Program-made: the position numbers and the translations under genes
The notes under the pieces: model-generated
Told to the model about the DNA's origin: nothing
What the model saw: only the letters and a program-made list of their open reading frames with translations
Database searches by the model: none
IMG/VR virus record: IMGVR_UViG_2799112278_000002
Coordinates: 1 to 64,000 of that record
Direction: 5' to 3' (one strand)
Source: a virus
Lineage: Duplodnaviria > Caudoviricetes
Length of the DNA: 64,000 nucleotides
Shown: positions 52,264-61,819 of the stretch, in pieces
Numbering within the stretch: the first letter of the stretch is position 1
How the letters are laid out: each line of letters opens with the position of its first letter

Positions 52264-52582
52264 CTAATACGTCCTTTGCCAATTTAGCGAAATAAGTCCA
52301 ATGGTTGCAATCGCACGGTCCAGGGCAACCACAACTTTCGGTTTCTGCAATTTTAACCAATACATTGCGCAATCGAAAGCATTCATCAACGAGTGCTATA
52401 TTATCCTGACCAATTTGATTGAATGTATCTACTCCTGTTTTTAATTGATGTTGAATTAGTAGCGTTAGAACTTCAGCACGTATATCACCCTCTACCCGTA
52501 CAAAGCCCCTAGGACTATCTAGCCCCACCTTTTTAACAAGTAAGTTGCGTTGCCCGATTGCGTTTAACTCACGCTGTTTCAT
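52229..52582 (-). CDS. Hypothetical protein
   Basis: ORF with a Cys cluster CGCPGPCDC. Confidence 0.5.
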   Translation of the reverse strand: MKQRELNAIGQRNLLVKKVGLDSPRGFVRVEGDIRAEVLTLLIQHQLKTGVDTFNQIGQDNIALVDECFRLRNVLVKIAETESCGCPGPCDCNHWTYFAKLAKDVLGGEEFEQSKSS

Positions 52583-52592
52583 AAAATCCCCC

Positions 52593-52856
52593 TCAGCCAC
52601 CTGGTGCCGACTTTTTCATATCAATATTACCCTTGCATATCGGGCATGCCGGATACCAGTCTGCCATGCTTGTTTGTAATCCACAGTCTGTATTCCAACT
52701 AACGTCCACCCAGTACCCTTTATGTCCATTGGCGCATAACCACATACCGTCCGTTGTCCTTCTTCGATCTAACGGGTCCTTCCCTTGTAAAACATCATAC
52801 ATAGCCTCGTCAATTAGCTTTTGCAATCCACGTGCTAATTCCTCTTTGCCCTTCAT
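52593..52856 (-). CDS. Hypothetical zinc-binding protein
   Basis: CANGH..CPIC. Confidence 0.5.
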   Translation of the reverse strand: MKGKEELARGLQKLIDEAMYDVLQGKDPLDRRRTTDGMWLCANGHKGYWVDVSWNTDCGLQTSMADWYPACPICKGNIDMKKSAPGG

Positions 52857-52857
52857 G

Positions 52858-53520
52858 CTATATTGTCCGATTAATGCTGCCGGCACTATTAAACCCTTCA
52901 GGATATCGCTGCTTCAACTTAGCGATATTGGTATCACATATGTCCTGCATATTAAGATTGTAGCGCTTACAAAACAGTTTCATCCAAGATAGAACGTTGC
53001 CAATGAGTTTTCCTAACTTTGCCTGATCCAATTCATGGCCGTGATACACAACCTTTTTTAGATATTCCGTAACATCACCAGAGGCTTTACTCAACCTTCC
53101 GATACACACATACAATAAAGCCGGTGCAGCTTCTTCAGCCGCCTCTACAACTACCTGATAACTAATCCCTGCCGTCGTACAGAGTGTTGCGCAATACCAA
53201 TTCACATCACCGGCCTCCTTGATCATTGCCTCATGGTTTCCACCAGCAATTTCAAAGTTGACAACTGCATCAATAAACTCTGCCGTTTCTCCCGCTATTC
53301 CCATCCCAAAGTTCCCCAACCTTTGCATGGCACCTTGCCCATTATTAGCAGTTCGTTCAGCAAGTCGCTGATATTCTTCGAAATAGGGAAAGCCCTCATG
53401 CCAATTCCCATTTTGGAAAACAAAAGTCTTTTCGCACATACAAGATGTCTTTTGCCCTTCTACCGGTATTGAAAGTTCTAACCAGGTTATCCCGCAATTC
53501 GGGCATTGCTTTTTAGCCAT
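52858..53520 (-). CDS. MazG-like nucleotide pyrophosphohydrolase (tandem domains, N-terminal Zn knuckle)
   Basis: GIAGETAEF..KEAGDVNWY, then a degenerate copy ending NIAKLKQRYPEGF. Confidence 0.75.
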   Translation of the reverse strand: MAKKQCPNCGITWLELSIPVEGQKTSCMCEKTFVFQNGNWHEGFPYFEEYQRLAERTANNGQGAMQRLGNFGMGIAGETAEFIDAVVNFEIAGGNHEAMIKEAGDVNWYCATLCTTAGISYQVVVEAAEEAAPALLYVCIGRLSKASGDVTEYLKKVVYHGHELDQAKLGKLIGNVLSWMKLFCKRYNLNMQDICDTNIAKLKQRYPEGFNSAGSINRTI

Positions 53521-53524
53521 ATTA

Positions 53525-53758
53525 CTAACCCCTTTCTTCTTTTAATTCATCCAGTAGCTTTGCACACTCCGAATAACTCATATTGTCAACGTTATAGTTT
53601 TCCAGGTCATAACCCAATTGCTGAATTAAGTCTTTCGCAAATTCAATCATGGCCGGAGTCGGCTTGTCCTTTATAAGATGATTACTTTTTACCAGCTTAC
53701 AGTTTTTAAGATGCGGGGCCGTCATTAGCGATCCGCAGTAAGGGCAACGTTCAGCCAT
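53525..53758 (-). CDS. Hypothetical protein
   Basis: CPYCG..PTPAMIEFAKDL. Confidence 0.5.
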   Translation of the reverse strand: MAERCPYCGSLMTAPHLKNCKLVKSNHLIKDKPTPAMIEFAKDLIQQLGYDLENYNVDNMSYSECAKLLDELKEERG

Positions 53759-53759
53759 A

Positions 53760-54065
53760 TTAACCACGCTCCATTTTAGAATCCGCAATATAATACCCCT
53801 GCTTATTTTTGGGCAACAATTTAAACCGATAATACATTTCAAACTGGTAATGATCTTCGTATTGCTCAGCTATAATTATTTTACTAGGCTCATTGGCAAT
53901 TGCGTCCCACATAGACATGGATATCAATTGTTCCCCATATTTTTCAATTAACTTAACCATTAATGCTTGGAGAATTCTATGCTTTTCTTTGTATATTTCC
54001 GCTTCCTCTTGCGGACCAATGCCAATAGGTATCTGATTAAGTAAGTTAAGATTGATTTGATCCAC
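53760..54065 (-). CDS. Hypothetical protein
   Basis: 101-aa ORF with RBS. Confidence 0.5.
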   Translation of the reverse strand: MDQINLNLLNQIPIGIGPQEEAEIYKEKHRILQALMVKLIEKYGEQLISMSMWDAIANEPSKIIIAEQYEDHYQFEMYYRFKLLPKNKQGYYIADSKMERG

Positions 54066-54078
54066 TTACATTCCCCCT

Positions 54079-54345
54079 TCAATAGTCAATAAATCTAACA
54101 CTCTTGAATCGTGTAGTGGCAAATTTCCTCAACTCAAAATATGGTTCGTAGTGGTTATCGGGAGAGTGAGTAAAGATAATAGGCGTGTCTGTCGATATTC
54201 CCTTAAGTTTTTCGATACTACATACCATCTTAAAGCATTCTGGATTGAGTTTATTAAACCTAAGAAATTCACAGCAATTGTGTAGACTAGTGGAAACAAT
54301 TACTGCTATAAGAGGCAGTTTCCGTTTCTCCAATTTATCCATCAA
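54079..54345 (-). CDS. Hypothetical protein
   Basis: 88-aa ORF coupled to the helicase stop. Confidence 0.5.
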   Translation of the reverse strand: MMDKLEKRKLPLIAVIVSTSLHNCCEFLRFNKLNPECFKMVCSIEKLKGISTDTPIIFTHSPDNHYEPYFELRKFATTRFKSVRFIDY

Positions 54346-56108
54346 ACTACCCTCTTTTTCCCTGGTTTCATAGCCTTAATCTTATCAATTACTTTCTTCA
54401 TGTGATCGGTTGCTACATTCTGGGCTACCGCTCGATCATCGTTGGTTTCAGCTTTATCGCCCATCAATCCCACAAATTGGCTGACCTTTAACCCTAGCGA
54501 TTCTTGAATGTTTTCGTCTGACCCCTCTTCGCACACAAGGTAATACACCAACACAGAGTTTTCCTGTCCGATACGGTGAGCTCTATCTTCACACTGAGCA
54601 TGTACAGCCGGTGACCAATCAAGCTCCCCGAAAACTACGCACGTCGCAGACTGTAACCCATTCAGTCCAGCTGCAGTTCTGAGCGATATGCAAGCCAAGC
54701 TTGTTGAACCATCCATAAATGTTTCAATCGCCTTATCCTTTTCCTGTCCAGTCTCTTTACCGGTTATTTTTACCGGCTTGTACTCTTTAAGCTCCTTCAT
54801 GTAAATGTCGAATACCGCATGATGGTACCCAAACAGCAGCACCTTCTCACCAGCATCTAAAAGCATTTTTACAAAAGCACATACATGTCCAGCTTTTGAT
54901 ATGCCGGTAGCCATACGTGTATCATTTACAATCTCCCGACCTAAACGGCCGCGCTCCAAATAATCCTCAATTGCATCATAACCTTTTGCCTTTTCAATAG
55001 CCTTTTGAATTAAATCCCCAAATACTCCCTGGTCCAAATCGATTGGCTGTATTACCCTTCGTTTAGGTAGAAGTTCATCTTTGAGCACTTCCTTAGTTCT
55101 ACGTAATAACAAACCTTCTCGCTTTAAGTGCTCACCTAACAATTCCGGATCAACAACCACATCAGAACCGTAGCCATAGCACCAGGTACGTGAAAAGCTC
55201 TCCCAATCTGACAAGCAGTGGAAATCAATAATGTTCATGACATTCCACATTTCTCCACCCCGGCCATGAATTGGCGTACCGCTTAGCCCTATAACATTCT
55301 CAGCGCTGCAAGCCACTAACGATGCTGCACTATACTTTTCTGTTAGCCGATGACGCAGTTCCTGGATTTCATCAAATACGACTGATTTAAAGCCAACTTG
55401 AGGCAAGTAATTTTTCCACCCGCGCAGTAAAAGATAATGGATTATATAAATCTTAGCGTCAGGAAGAGGATATGGCTTCAACCCTTTAATTACATGAATA
55501 TACGAAGGTATTTTCCCGTTCTTAAATAACTCTGTATTATCCCCTACTGACACCGGTAAGTCTAAGAATTTATCCGACTCATGAATCCAGCCTTTTATCA
55601 TGTGGGGAACTACCACAATTAAAGCTGGCCATCCCTCTGCTGCAGCTAAAAAAGCAAGCGCCTGAGGCGTTTTACCTAACCCCATGTCATCAGCTAACAG
55701 TGTACGCCGATTATGCAACAGAAACGCAGTTCCCTCTTGCTGAAATTCTCGCAGCACACCGGTAAACGTCGGTGGCGGTACTATCTTATTCGGCCGTGCA
55801 TTTATTTCTTGTCGCTTTAAAACATGAGCTACAGTTTCTTGATGTGTCTTATTCCACTGTTCCTGGTCCTTTATCCTAAGCGGATACCGTAGCATTAGCC
55901 AATTGAGATCGCCATTTGTACGCTTATTAAGCATAAAACGTGCTTTGGTTCTATTCAATGATTTGCACCCAGGGAAAAGCCGCTGTGCCATTTCAATTAC
56001 ACAAGGTTCACCCTCTATTACCCAATCCTTTTTACCTTCATCCCATGATAAAGTGCCATAATAATAATCTGCTTCACCAGGAGCGGAAAGATATGCAGGA
56101 ACATTCAT
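54342..56108 (-). CDS. SNF2-family helicase/translocase
   Basis: LADDMGLGKT, VFDEIQ, LSGTP, QCEDRAHRIGQ. Confidence 0.9.
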   Translation of the reverse strand: MNVPAYLSAPGEADYYYGTLSWDEGKKDWVIEGEPCVIEMAQRLFPGCKSLNRTKARFMLNKRTNGDLNWLMLRYPLRIKDQEQWNKTHQETVAHVLKRQEINARPNKIVPPPTFTGVLREFQQEGTAFLLHNRRTLLADDMGLGKTPQALAFLAAAEGWPALIVVVPHMIKGWIHESDKFLDLPVSVGDNTELFKNGKIPSYIHVIKGLKPYPLPDAKIYIIHYLLLRGWKNYLPQVGFKSVVFDEIQELRHRLTEKYSAASLVACSAENVIGLSGTPIHGRGGEMWNVMNIIDFHCLSDWESFSRTWCYGYGSDVVVDPELLGEHLKREGLLLRRTKEVLKDELLPKRRVIQPIDLDQGVFGDLIQKAIEKAKGYDAIEDYLERGRLGREIVNDTRMATGISKAGHVCAFVKMLLDAGEKVLLFGYHHAVFDIYMKELKEYKPVKITGKETGQEKDKAIETFMDGSTSLACISLRTAAGLNGLQSATCVVFGELDWSPAVHAQCEDRAHRIGQENSVLVYYLVCEEGSDENIQESLGLKVSQFVGLMGDKAETNDDRAVAQNVATDHMKKVIDKIKAMKPGKKRVV

Positions 56109-56515
56109 AATGCAATCCCCCACAACTTATTGAGCCCTATAGATCGACATGGCTTACCGTTAATCTCCGAAGGTAAATAAGCAATATTTCTTTCAATAAC
56201 CAAAATAATTGCCTCAATTTGCTCATGCATCGCATATCGTTCAAGTTGCTTCAGAATACTTGTGCTGTTCGGCTTACCCTTCTTTACTTCTATTCCAATA
56301 CCGCCATTACAGAGAAAATCAATTCTGTTTCGCGGCCCCAAGCGATATTCTTTTTTGCATGTCAATCCTTGTTCTTTGAGCGCAACATTAATCATGTCTT
56401 GAAGCTGATACTCTTCTATAATCTTAGGTATTCTTATTCGCGTAACGGCAGCAATTACTTCTTCTAAACGCTGCTCGACAGGAACTATTCCAGTAATACT
56501 TATCCCTCCCATCAA
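56105..56515 (-). CDS. PD-(D/E)XK nuclease-like protein
   Basis: EYRL..RIDF....IGIEVK..QLERY. Confidence 0.65.
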   Translation of the reverse strand: MMGGISITGIVPVEQRLEEVIAAVTRIRIPKIIEEYQLQDMINVALKEQGLTCKKEYRLGPRNRIDFLCNGGIGIEVKKGKPNSTSILKQLERYAMHEQIEAIILVIERNIAYLPSEINGKPCRSIGLNKLWGIAL

Positions 56516-56537
56516 AACCCAGTATTACTATTTGCCT

Positions 56538-57392
56538 TTAAGCATGTAACCTCCGCTTGTTCATTTCCCTTAACAAGTCTTTATCACTCAACTTGCTTAG
56601 ATTTTCTATTTTTTGAAGATACGCTTTAGGCTTTCTGTCCTTAACCTTACGGCGTATTTTAAAATCTTCCTCAGTTGGGTCAAATAATTCAAAATCAGCC
56701 TCATTGGTGTACTTAAACTTGTTTATGATTACCCACCACATGTTGTTGATATTGTGATAGACAATTCCGCGCATCAATCTACCACGATATCTAAAATATT
56801 TAACCTGCCCATTACAAATTGTTTTTCCATCCCTATCAGTGTTGTTATAACTGCCTTCACACGTGGTACCGTGTAAATCTTTTAAATCGAAGTTCATATC
56901 CTTTTGGGGACGATGACAATTATCAACTAAATGTTTTTTTACCTTATCTTCAGCAAATTTATATTTTTCATCAGATCTACTGTTGGCCCCCAAAGATTCC
57001 AAAAACATTGCTATTTTATTAGTTTCGTTAATCCATGAAAGCCTGATTAAATAAGGGCACTTTTCATATTTATCAAAATCGTAACGGCCACCATTTTTAT
57101 TTTCTGTAACAATTTCCTGATAGAATTGAAATTTAAACCCCCGGGGGTACCTATCCACGGCAAATCTTAATTCCCCCTTACTACCTACCCAATAGTCTTT
57201 TCTTATGCATTTTGCAACATCCTTATCATAGCGAATATCAAACCCTCGATCTTTCATGTAATTGAGCAATCTATGCAGAATTACATAGTGACTATATTTA
57301 TTACGGCTTGCCCAGTCATGCTTTTCATCAGTATCATTTACGAAACTAAAAGACATGCGTTCACGGCAGCAATTATAGAAAAAACCCTTCAT
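56538..57392 (-). CDS. Conserved phage hypothetical protein
   Basis: 284-aa ORF, ATGA-coupled. Confidence 0.6.
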   Translation of the reverse strand: MKGFFYNCCRERMSFSFVNDTDEKHDWASRNKYSHYVILHRLLNYMKDRGFDIRYDKDVAKCIRKDYWVGSKGELRFAVDRYPRGFKFQFYQEIVTENKNGGRYDFDKYEKCPYLIRLSWINETNKIAMFLESLGANSRSDEKYKFAEDKVKKHLVDNCHRPQKDMNFDLKDLHGTTCEGSYNNTDRDGKTICNGQVKYFRYRGRLMRGIVYHNINNMWWVIINKFKYTNEADFELFDPTEEDFKIRRKVKDRKPKAYLQKIENLSKLSDKDLLREMNKRRLHA

Positions 57393-57868
57393 ACCCCTTT
57401 CCCCTCCCAAACAACAATTTCAGTGCGGCACCACTCCCAAGTACCAGGATCTACACGCCAATCCAAATCCACTTCTTTACTGTTATCATCTTTAAGCACA
57501 CCAGCCTTAACCAGCCCATCCATGATCCACTTAGGAGCCATATTATCTTTATCTCGGTCACGGTCAATATTGTAATAAAAGTTTATCCTCACAATGGGCT
57601 TGTGAAATACCCGCTTCACTTTTCTTTTCCCGGACAGCAGCGCTCCTATCAACTCTTCCCATTGTTTCTTAGTCTCAGCTTTTTTCATGTAGTGCCACTT
57701 ATCCCAATCATTTAAACTTGGAGGCACATCATAGATAATAATGGTCAGTTTGCCAGGTTCATTTTTGACTTCAGAGTCTGGCCGCCTGCTCTTTTTCTTA
57801 GCGCGGCCATTTTTTTTATTTACAATTAAGCCGAGTTTCCTCGCTTCTGCCGGTGATAATCGAAGCAC
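57389..57868 (-). CDS. rusA: RusA-like Holliday junction resolvase
   Basis: PPSLN..DRDKDNM..KWIMDGLVKAGVLKDDN. Confidence 0.75.
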   Translation of the reverse strand: MLRLSPAEARKLGLIVNKKNGRAKKKSRRPDSEVKNEPGKLTIIIYDVPPSLNDWDKWHYMKKAETKKQWEELIGALLSGKRKVKRVFHKPIVRINFYYNIDRDRDKDNMAPKWIMDGLVKAGVLKDDNSKEVDLDWRVDPGTWEWCRTEIVVWEGKGV

Positions 57869-57887
57869 TATTGAATCACCCCGCTAA

Positions 57888-58574
57888 TTACGAAATAAGC
57901 CTGCTTTCCAAAAAATATCTTTTTAGTTTTTCATTTACTTGTTGGGACACTTTCTCATATACCCGCCAGCTACGTCCTAATCGCTTAATAATCGTTGCTT
58001 GCGTCGCACTCTCAATGTAAAGCCCAGTGAACACTATTCGTTCATGACCATCAAGAAGTTCAAAGATTTCGCGATACATTACTGGTGATTCAAAGTCTTC
58101 ATACGACTTAACGCAGTCTCCTAAAGTAACAGGCTCCCCATCGCCGCTGTCGTAAACAACTTCATTCAAAGAAGATGTATAGCGCAGCCGTGAATACTCA
58201 AAAGCCCTTTTAACCTTTTTAACTGATACTTTCATTTTCTTAGCTATTTCCGTAACCTCTAATTTATCTAAGCCCTTTTTGCATATAGCTTTGTAAAGCT
58301 CTTTTGAAGGCCTTGCAAAAGTAATTAAGTCTGTTGAATTTCTCACAAAATGCTTAATTTCACCACATATTGTTAAGCTTGCATATGTACTAAACTTAAA
58401 CCCTTTCGATGCATCAAAACCTTTTGCAGCTTTAACCAGGCCAACATTCCCTACCGCAACTAATTCGTCAAATTCAAAATGATTAAGCTGTGTAAAGAAA
58501 TTCTTTGTGACGATGTAAACTGGCAACTTAATGTTGTCAGTAACAAGACGTTCCACCGTTATAGCATCATTCAC
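57888..58574 (-). CDS. Sigma-70-family factor, SigF/SigG/SigB-like
   Basis: VGNVGLVKAAKGFD..GFKFSTYA..I.GEIKHF.R..SSLNE..VTLGD. Confidence 0.88.
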   Translation of the reverse strand: MNDAITVERLVTDNIKLPVYIVTKNFFTQLNHFEFDELVAVGNVGLVKAAKGFDASKGFKFSTYASLTICGEIKHFVRNSTDLITFARPSKELYKAICKKGLDKLEVTEIAKKMKVSVKKVKRAFEYSRLRYTSSLNEVVYDSGDGEPVTLGDCVKSYEDFESPVMYREIFELLDGHERIVFTGLYIESATQATIIKRLGRSWRVYEKVSQQVNEKLKRYFLESRLIS

Positions 58575-58680
58575 TTATAGCACCCCTATCATTGATATTA
58601 TAGCCAACTATATTGCTAATTTTAGCAATCACAAGGGGATGGCAGTGCCACAAAAAACCATCCCCCGCAGCAATTACAAA

Positions 58681-58950
58681 TTATTCACCGGCGTAAACCT
58701 TATCCATCATTGTTAATGCTTCTTCGCCTTTGGATGATAGTTTAATCTTTTTACCAGCGTAATCTCGCTGCAAGTATCCCCGGCGAAACAACTTATTGGT
58801 TAGGTAGTATTTGTACTTCTCTCCAATTTCACATAACATCTTTTCAGCCATATCGTACAGTTCATGGCTTCTTCCCGGTCCGTAAAAAATCAAAATAGCT
58901 TTTTCAACCACTGCTTGCGCATGCTGCTTTGTTACGTTTTTATCTTCCAC
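58681..58950 (-). CDS. Hypothetical protein (wHTH-like)
   Basis: LFRRGYL..IKLSSKGEE. Confidence 0.45.
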   Translation of the reverse strand: MEDKNVTKQHAQAVVEKAILIFYGPGRSHELYDMAEKMLCEIGEKYKYYLTNKLFRRGYLQRDYAGKKIKLSSKGEEALTMMDKVYAGE

Positions 58951-58961
58951 TGATTATCCTC

Positions 58962-59372
58962 CTAAAACGGAATTTCTTCATCGATTACGTCACGTCCGAA
59001 TTGCCCAAAATCAACTGGCTTGCTGGAGCTCGAAGAGCTATTACTATTAGATGACTCCATGCTTTGAGCGACAAAATTGGCGACTATCTCAGTTACCCGT
59101 CGCTTTTGTCCATCCGTAGTTTCATACGAACGAACCTGCAGACGGCCTTCCACAAATACCCGGTGTCCTTTCGCCAGGTTATTGCCGCACATCTCAGCTA
59201 AGTTTCCCCATGCCACAATAGGGATAAAGTCCGTTGATTCCCGTTGTTCTTGCCCAGGCGCTCCAAAACTGCGAGAAACAGCTATGGTAAACGAACATAC
59301 CGCCTTTCCTGTTTTGGTATATCGCACTTCTGGATCTTGTGCCAAGCGGCCAATGAGTTTAACTGAATTCAT
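58962..59372 (-). CDS. ssb: Single-stranded DNA-binding protein
   Basis: MNSVKLIGRL..DPEVRYT..VFVEGRLQVRSY..EEIPF. Confidence 0.95.
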   Translation of the reverse strand: MNSVKLIGRLAQDPEVRYTKTGKAVCSFTIAVSRSFGAPGQEQRESTDFIPIVAWGNLAEMCGNNLAKGHRVFVEGRLQVRSYETTDGQKRRVTEIVANFVAQSMESSNSNSSSSSSKPVDFGQFGRDVIDEEIPF

Positions 59373-59874
59373 TCTGTTCCCCCTTAAAATAATCTTCAGC
59401 TAACCTTTTTGCTTCAGTCAGCTTTTTAAACTCTTCTACGCTACCACCAACATCCGGATGCGCAGTTTTTATAAGCTCTTTATATTGATTCTTGCATTCT
59501 TCAAGTGTCGGAATTTGCGCAAAGCCCAATGTCTTGAAAAAATCCGGAATTACAATAGCGGCCGGCAGCATTTTAAATCCTTGTGATAATTGTCCAAAAT
59601 CATATATCCCGCGCTCACTTAATCTTGCGAGAGCTTCTAATGCGAGTACTACCTGAGCAAACGCATCACTGCCAAAACTGATCTTTTGCCCCTTTTCTAC
59701 AGCCTTAGCCACAGTATGTTCAAAACGGTATTTCTCGCCCATGTAGGTTACGTCTACATATCCACCATGCCGGTCATAGTTCCAGTCATACTCCGTTACT
59801 TTAAACCGCTCCATAACACGCTTCAGCTTTTTTTCATAAGCGGCAGCAGCGCCGTATTGCTTACCGGCCATCAT
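59359..59874 (-). CDS. J-domain-containing protein
   Basis: C-terminal YKELIKTAHPDVGGS..EFKKL (HPD motif). Confidence 0.8.
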   Translation of the reverse strand: MMAGKQYGAAAAYEKKLKRVMERFKVTEYDWNYDRHGGYVDVTYMGEKYRFEHTVAKAVEKGQKISFGSDAFAQVVLALEALARLSERGIYDFGQLSQGFKMLPAAIVIPDFFKTLGFAQIPTLEECKNQYKELIKTAHPDVGGSVEEFKKLTEAKRLAEDYFKGEQNEFS

Positions 59875-60233
59875 TCTCCCCCTTCCTCAAAATCTGGTTT
59901 ATAAGCTTTACAATACTTATGACCGGAGCAGCTGTTATCTCCACAAGTCCACGTTTCACCATGACTATCTCTCAGCCATTTTGCACACCGGTCCAAATCA
60001 GCCTGAAATATTTTCCCTAAAACTATATAGCGTTCCTGGCTCTCAATATTATTTGCTGCACTTTGGATTTTGTCAGGAATATTATTTCTAGCCTTAAAAT
60101 CATTAATGTTTTCGGTTATCTCTTCAAAAAGCTTTTCTTCGTCCTCATTCTCATGTGGTTTATCGCGCAAAGCGTGTTTTACAATATAGGCCTTTTTGAG
60201 TGTTAAGCGGAAATAAATCTTTTTATTACTCAT
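59871..60233 (-). CDS. Hypothetical protein
   Basis: ORF with a C-terminal Cys/His cluster. Confidence 0.5.
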   Translation of the reverse strand: MSNKKIYFRLTLKKAYIVKHALRDKPHENEDEEKLFEEITENINDFKARNNIPDKIQSAANNIESQERYIVLGKIFQADLDRCAKWLRDSHGETWTCGDNSCSGHKYCKAYKPDFEEGGE

Positions 60234-60474
60234 AATCTTCCTCATACCACTTAGGCAAACATTTCTTGCAGACGTAGTTATTCGTTGCAACCTTCTTTAG
60301 CGTAACGCCGCGGGCATTGCACGTTGCACAACGGACAACGCCAGGTTGATTAGGCTTAGATGCTTCTTTAATTGCTGGAGCAAGCATCGCTGCCGTAAAT
60401 TGTAATGAATCCAGAGTAGAATATGGGCCGCAAAAACTACTTGCAAGCGCTAATATAGGATTAATCATTACCAA
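60226..60474 (-). CDS. Small zinc-binding protein
   Basis: CATC..CKKC. Confidence 0.5.
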   Translation of the reverse strand: MVMINPILALASSFCGPYSTLDSLQFTAAMLAPAIKEASKPNQPGVVRCATCNARGVTLKKVATNNYVCKKCLPKWYEEDYE

Positions 60475-60970
60475 CCCTCCATTTTTCTACTGGCCATTCC
60501 CATAGCCTCTGCATGCCCTTGGCTGGAGCCGGATCTATCCGGCGGACGTTTGCTAGTATCCATGCGTAACGGCCACGGGTATAGTCCCCAAATTTCAGTT
60601 CATGGCCGAAGATTACACGCCCATCTAACAGCCTCACCTTCTCTGTAATAACACCGGATACAAGACCCATATAACGATCTACGACTTGCAGGCAATCAAC
60701 TAAATCAGCTATCGCTATAACTGCGCCGACTGGCAAAAGCTGCGTTCTGCCGTATCCGTTCATTGCTAATTCTTCTTTTGTCATGCTAGGCCATAGTGCA
60801 GAGTGGAATGGATCGCGGTACGTAATTTCACGCCTTGCTAGTGACCAGTTCGCTCCTGCATGAATTGCAATCGGCCCCCGATATTTTGTAGACCAGCTTC
60901 TTGTCTCTATCCCCTTCACTTTACGTGCAATGAGACTTGCCCACGGCTGCAGGATTGTTATAGCTTTCAT
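60461..60970 (-). CDS. ASCH-domain protein
   Basis: MKAITILQPWASLIA..KGIETRSW.T.YRGPIAIHA..KGMQRLW. Confidence 0.88.
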   Translation of the reverse strand: MKAITILQPWASLIARKVKGIETRSWSTKYRGPIAIHAGANWSLARREITYRDPFHSALWPSMTKEELAMNGYGRTQLLPVGAVIAIADLVDCLQVVDRYMGLVSGVITEKVRLLDGRVIFGHELKFGDYTRGRYAWILANVRRIDPAPAKGMQRLWEWPVEKWRVGND

Positions 60971-61278
60971 TTCTCCAACCCCTTCGATTTAATATAATCC
61001 CTGCAGTCATCACAGATCCGCAACTCGTTTCCGTTGAACTTATTTTTTATAACCTGTTTTGCTGGATGCTCACCGCACGTTTCACATTTATATTCGCACG
61101 CTTTATCCGAAGGACACTGTATTACTATGGTTGGCATGTTAGTCACGCCCCCCGCTTTCAGCGTCCGGTCCCTCTCCATAATCTTTAGCGCACCTCTTGG
61201 AGTTCGGTACCATATACATGCACCCACTGCCGGATACCGAGCAATCCCATCTACCGCTATCAGGATCATAGCTGGCAC
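60967..61278 (-). CDS. Hypothetical zinc-binding protein (start uncertain)
   Basis: CETC..CDDC at the C-terminus. Confidence 0.4.
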   Translation of the reverse strand: MPAMILIAVDGIARYPAVGACIWYRTPRGALKIMERDRTLKAGGVTNMPTIVIQCPSDKACEYKCETCGEHPAKQVIKNKFNGNELRICDDCRDYIKSKGLEK

Positions 61279-61297
61279 ATTTACAACTCATTTCTGC

Positions 61298-61483
61298 TCA
61301 CCCCTCCTTCTTCGAATTAAGGTAGTCGCCCTTTGCCTCGAAGTAAATATATCTACTACTCTGCTTAGCCGGTGTTGTAATGCCGTATTTATTCAACAAG
61401 CCTTTATACAAAGGATATTGAGACTTTAGCACTTTAAACCTTGTAAATGTTTCACCAGCGACCTCGAAGATGCTCAACTCCAT
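61298..61483 (-). CDS. Hypothetical protein
   Basis: 61 aa with RBS. Confidence 0.5.
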   Translation of the reverse strand: MELSIFEVAGETFTRFKVLKSQYPLYKGLLNKYGITTPAKQSSRYIYFEAKGDYLNSKKEG

Positions 61484-61486
61484 TTC

Positions 61487-61807
61487 TTATCTCCCCTCCT
61501 GCTCTGGTAGTGCCGGTAATGGCATATGATGAGTTACACCCGGCACTACATGTTCAAAGTCTTTTGTTAGATATTGCTGCTGATAATAAACTCCTTCCAT
61601 CACGCCATACTTATAGGCCAACAGTAACCTTGCTTGTTTCGGCTCTTCCGTTACCGGTATCCAGTCCCTTTGCTGGCCTAACTTGGCTAGGCGCAATATT
61701 TCTCCGTTCGCTTCTGGCTCTTTTGTGTAATAATCTCCATTGTCCCATTCGTGATATTTGCAGAGTGCTAAGTCTCCCCGCTCTATCTGGCTTATTAGGT
61801 CGTTCAT
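61487..61807 (-). CDS. DUF551-like protein
   Basis: WIPVTEEP..VTHHMPLPALP. Confidence 0.6.
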   Translation of the reverse strand: MNDLISQIERGDLALCKYHEWDNGDYYTKEPEANGEILRLAKLGQQRDWIPVTEEPKQARLLLAYKYGVMEGVYYQQQYLTKDFEHVVPGVTHHMPLPALPEQEGR

Positions 61808-61819
61808 ATTTGACCCTCC

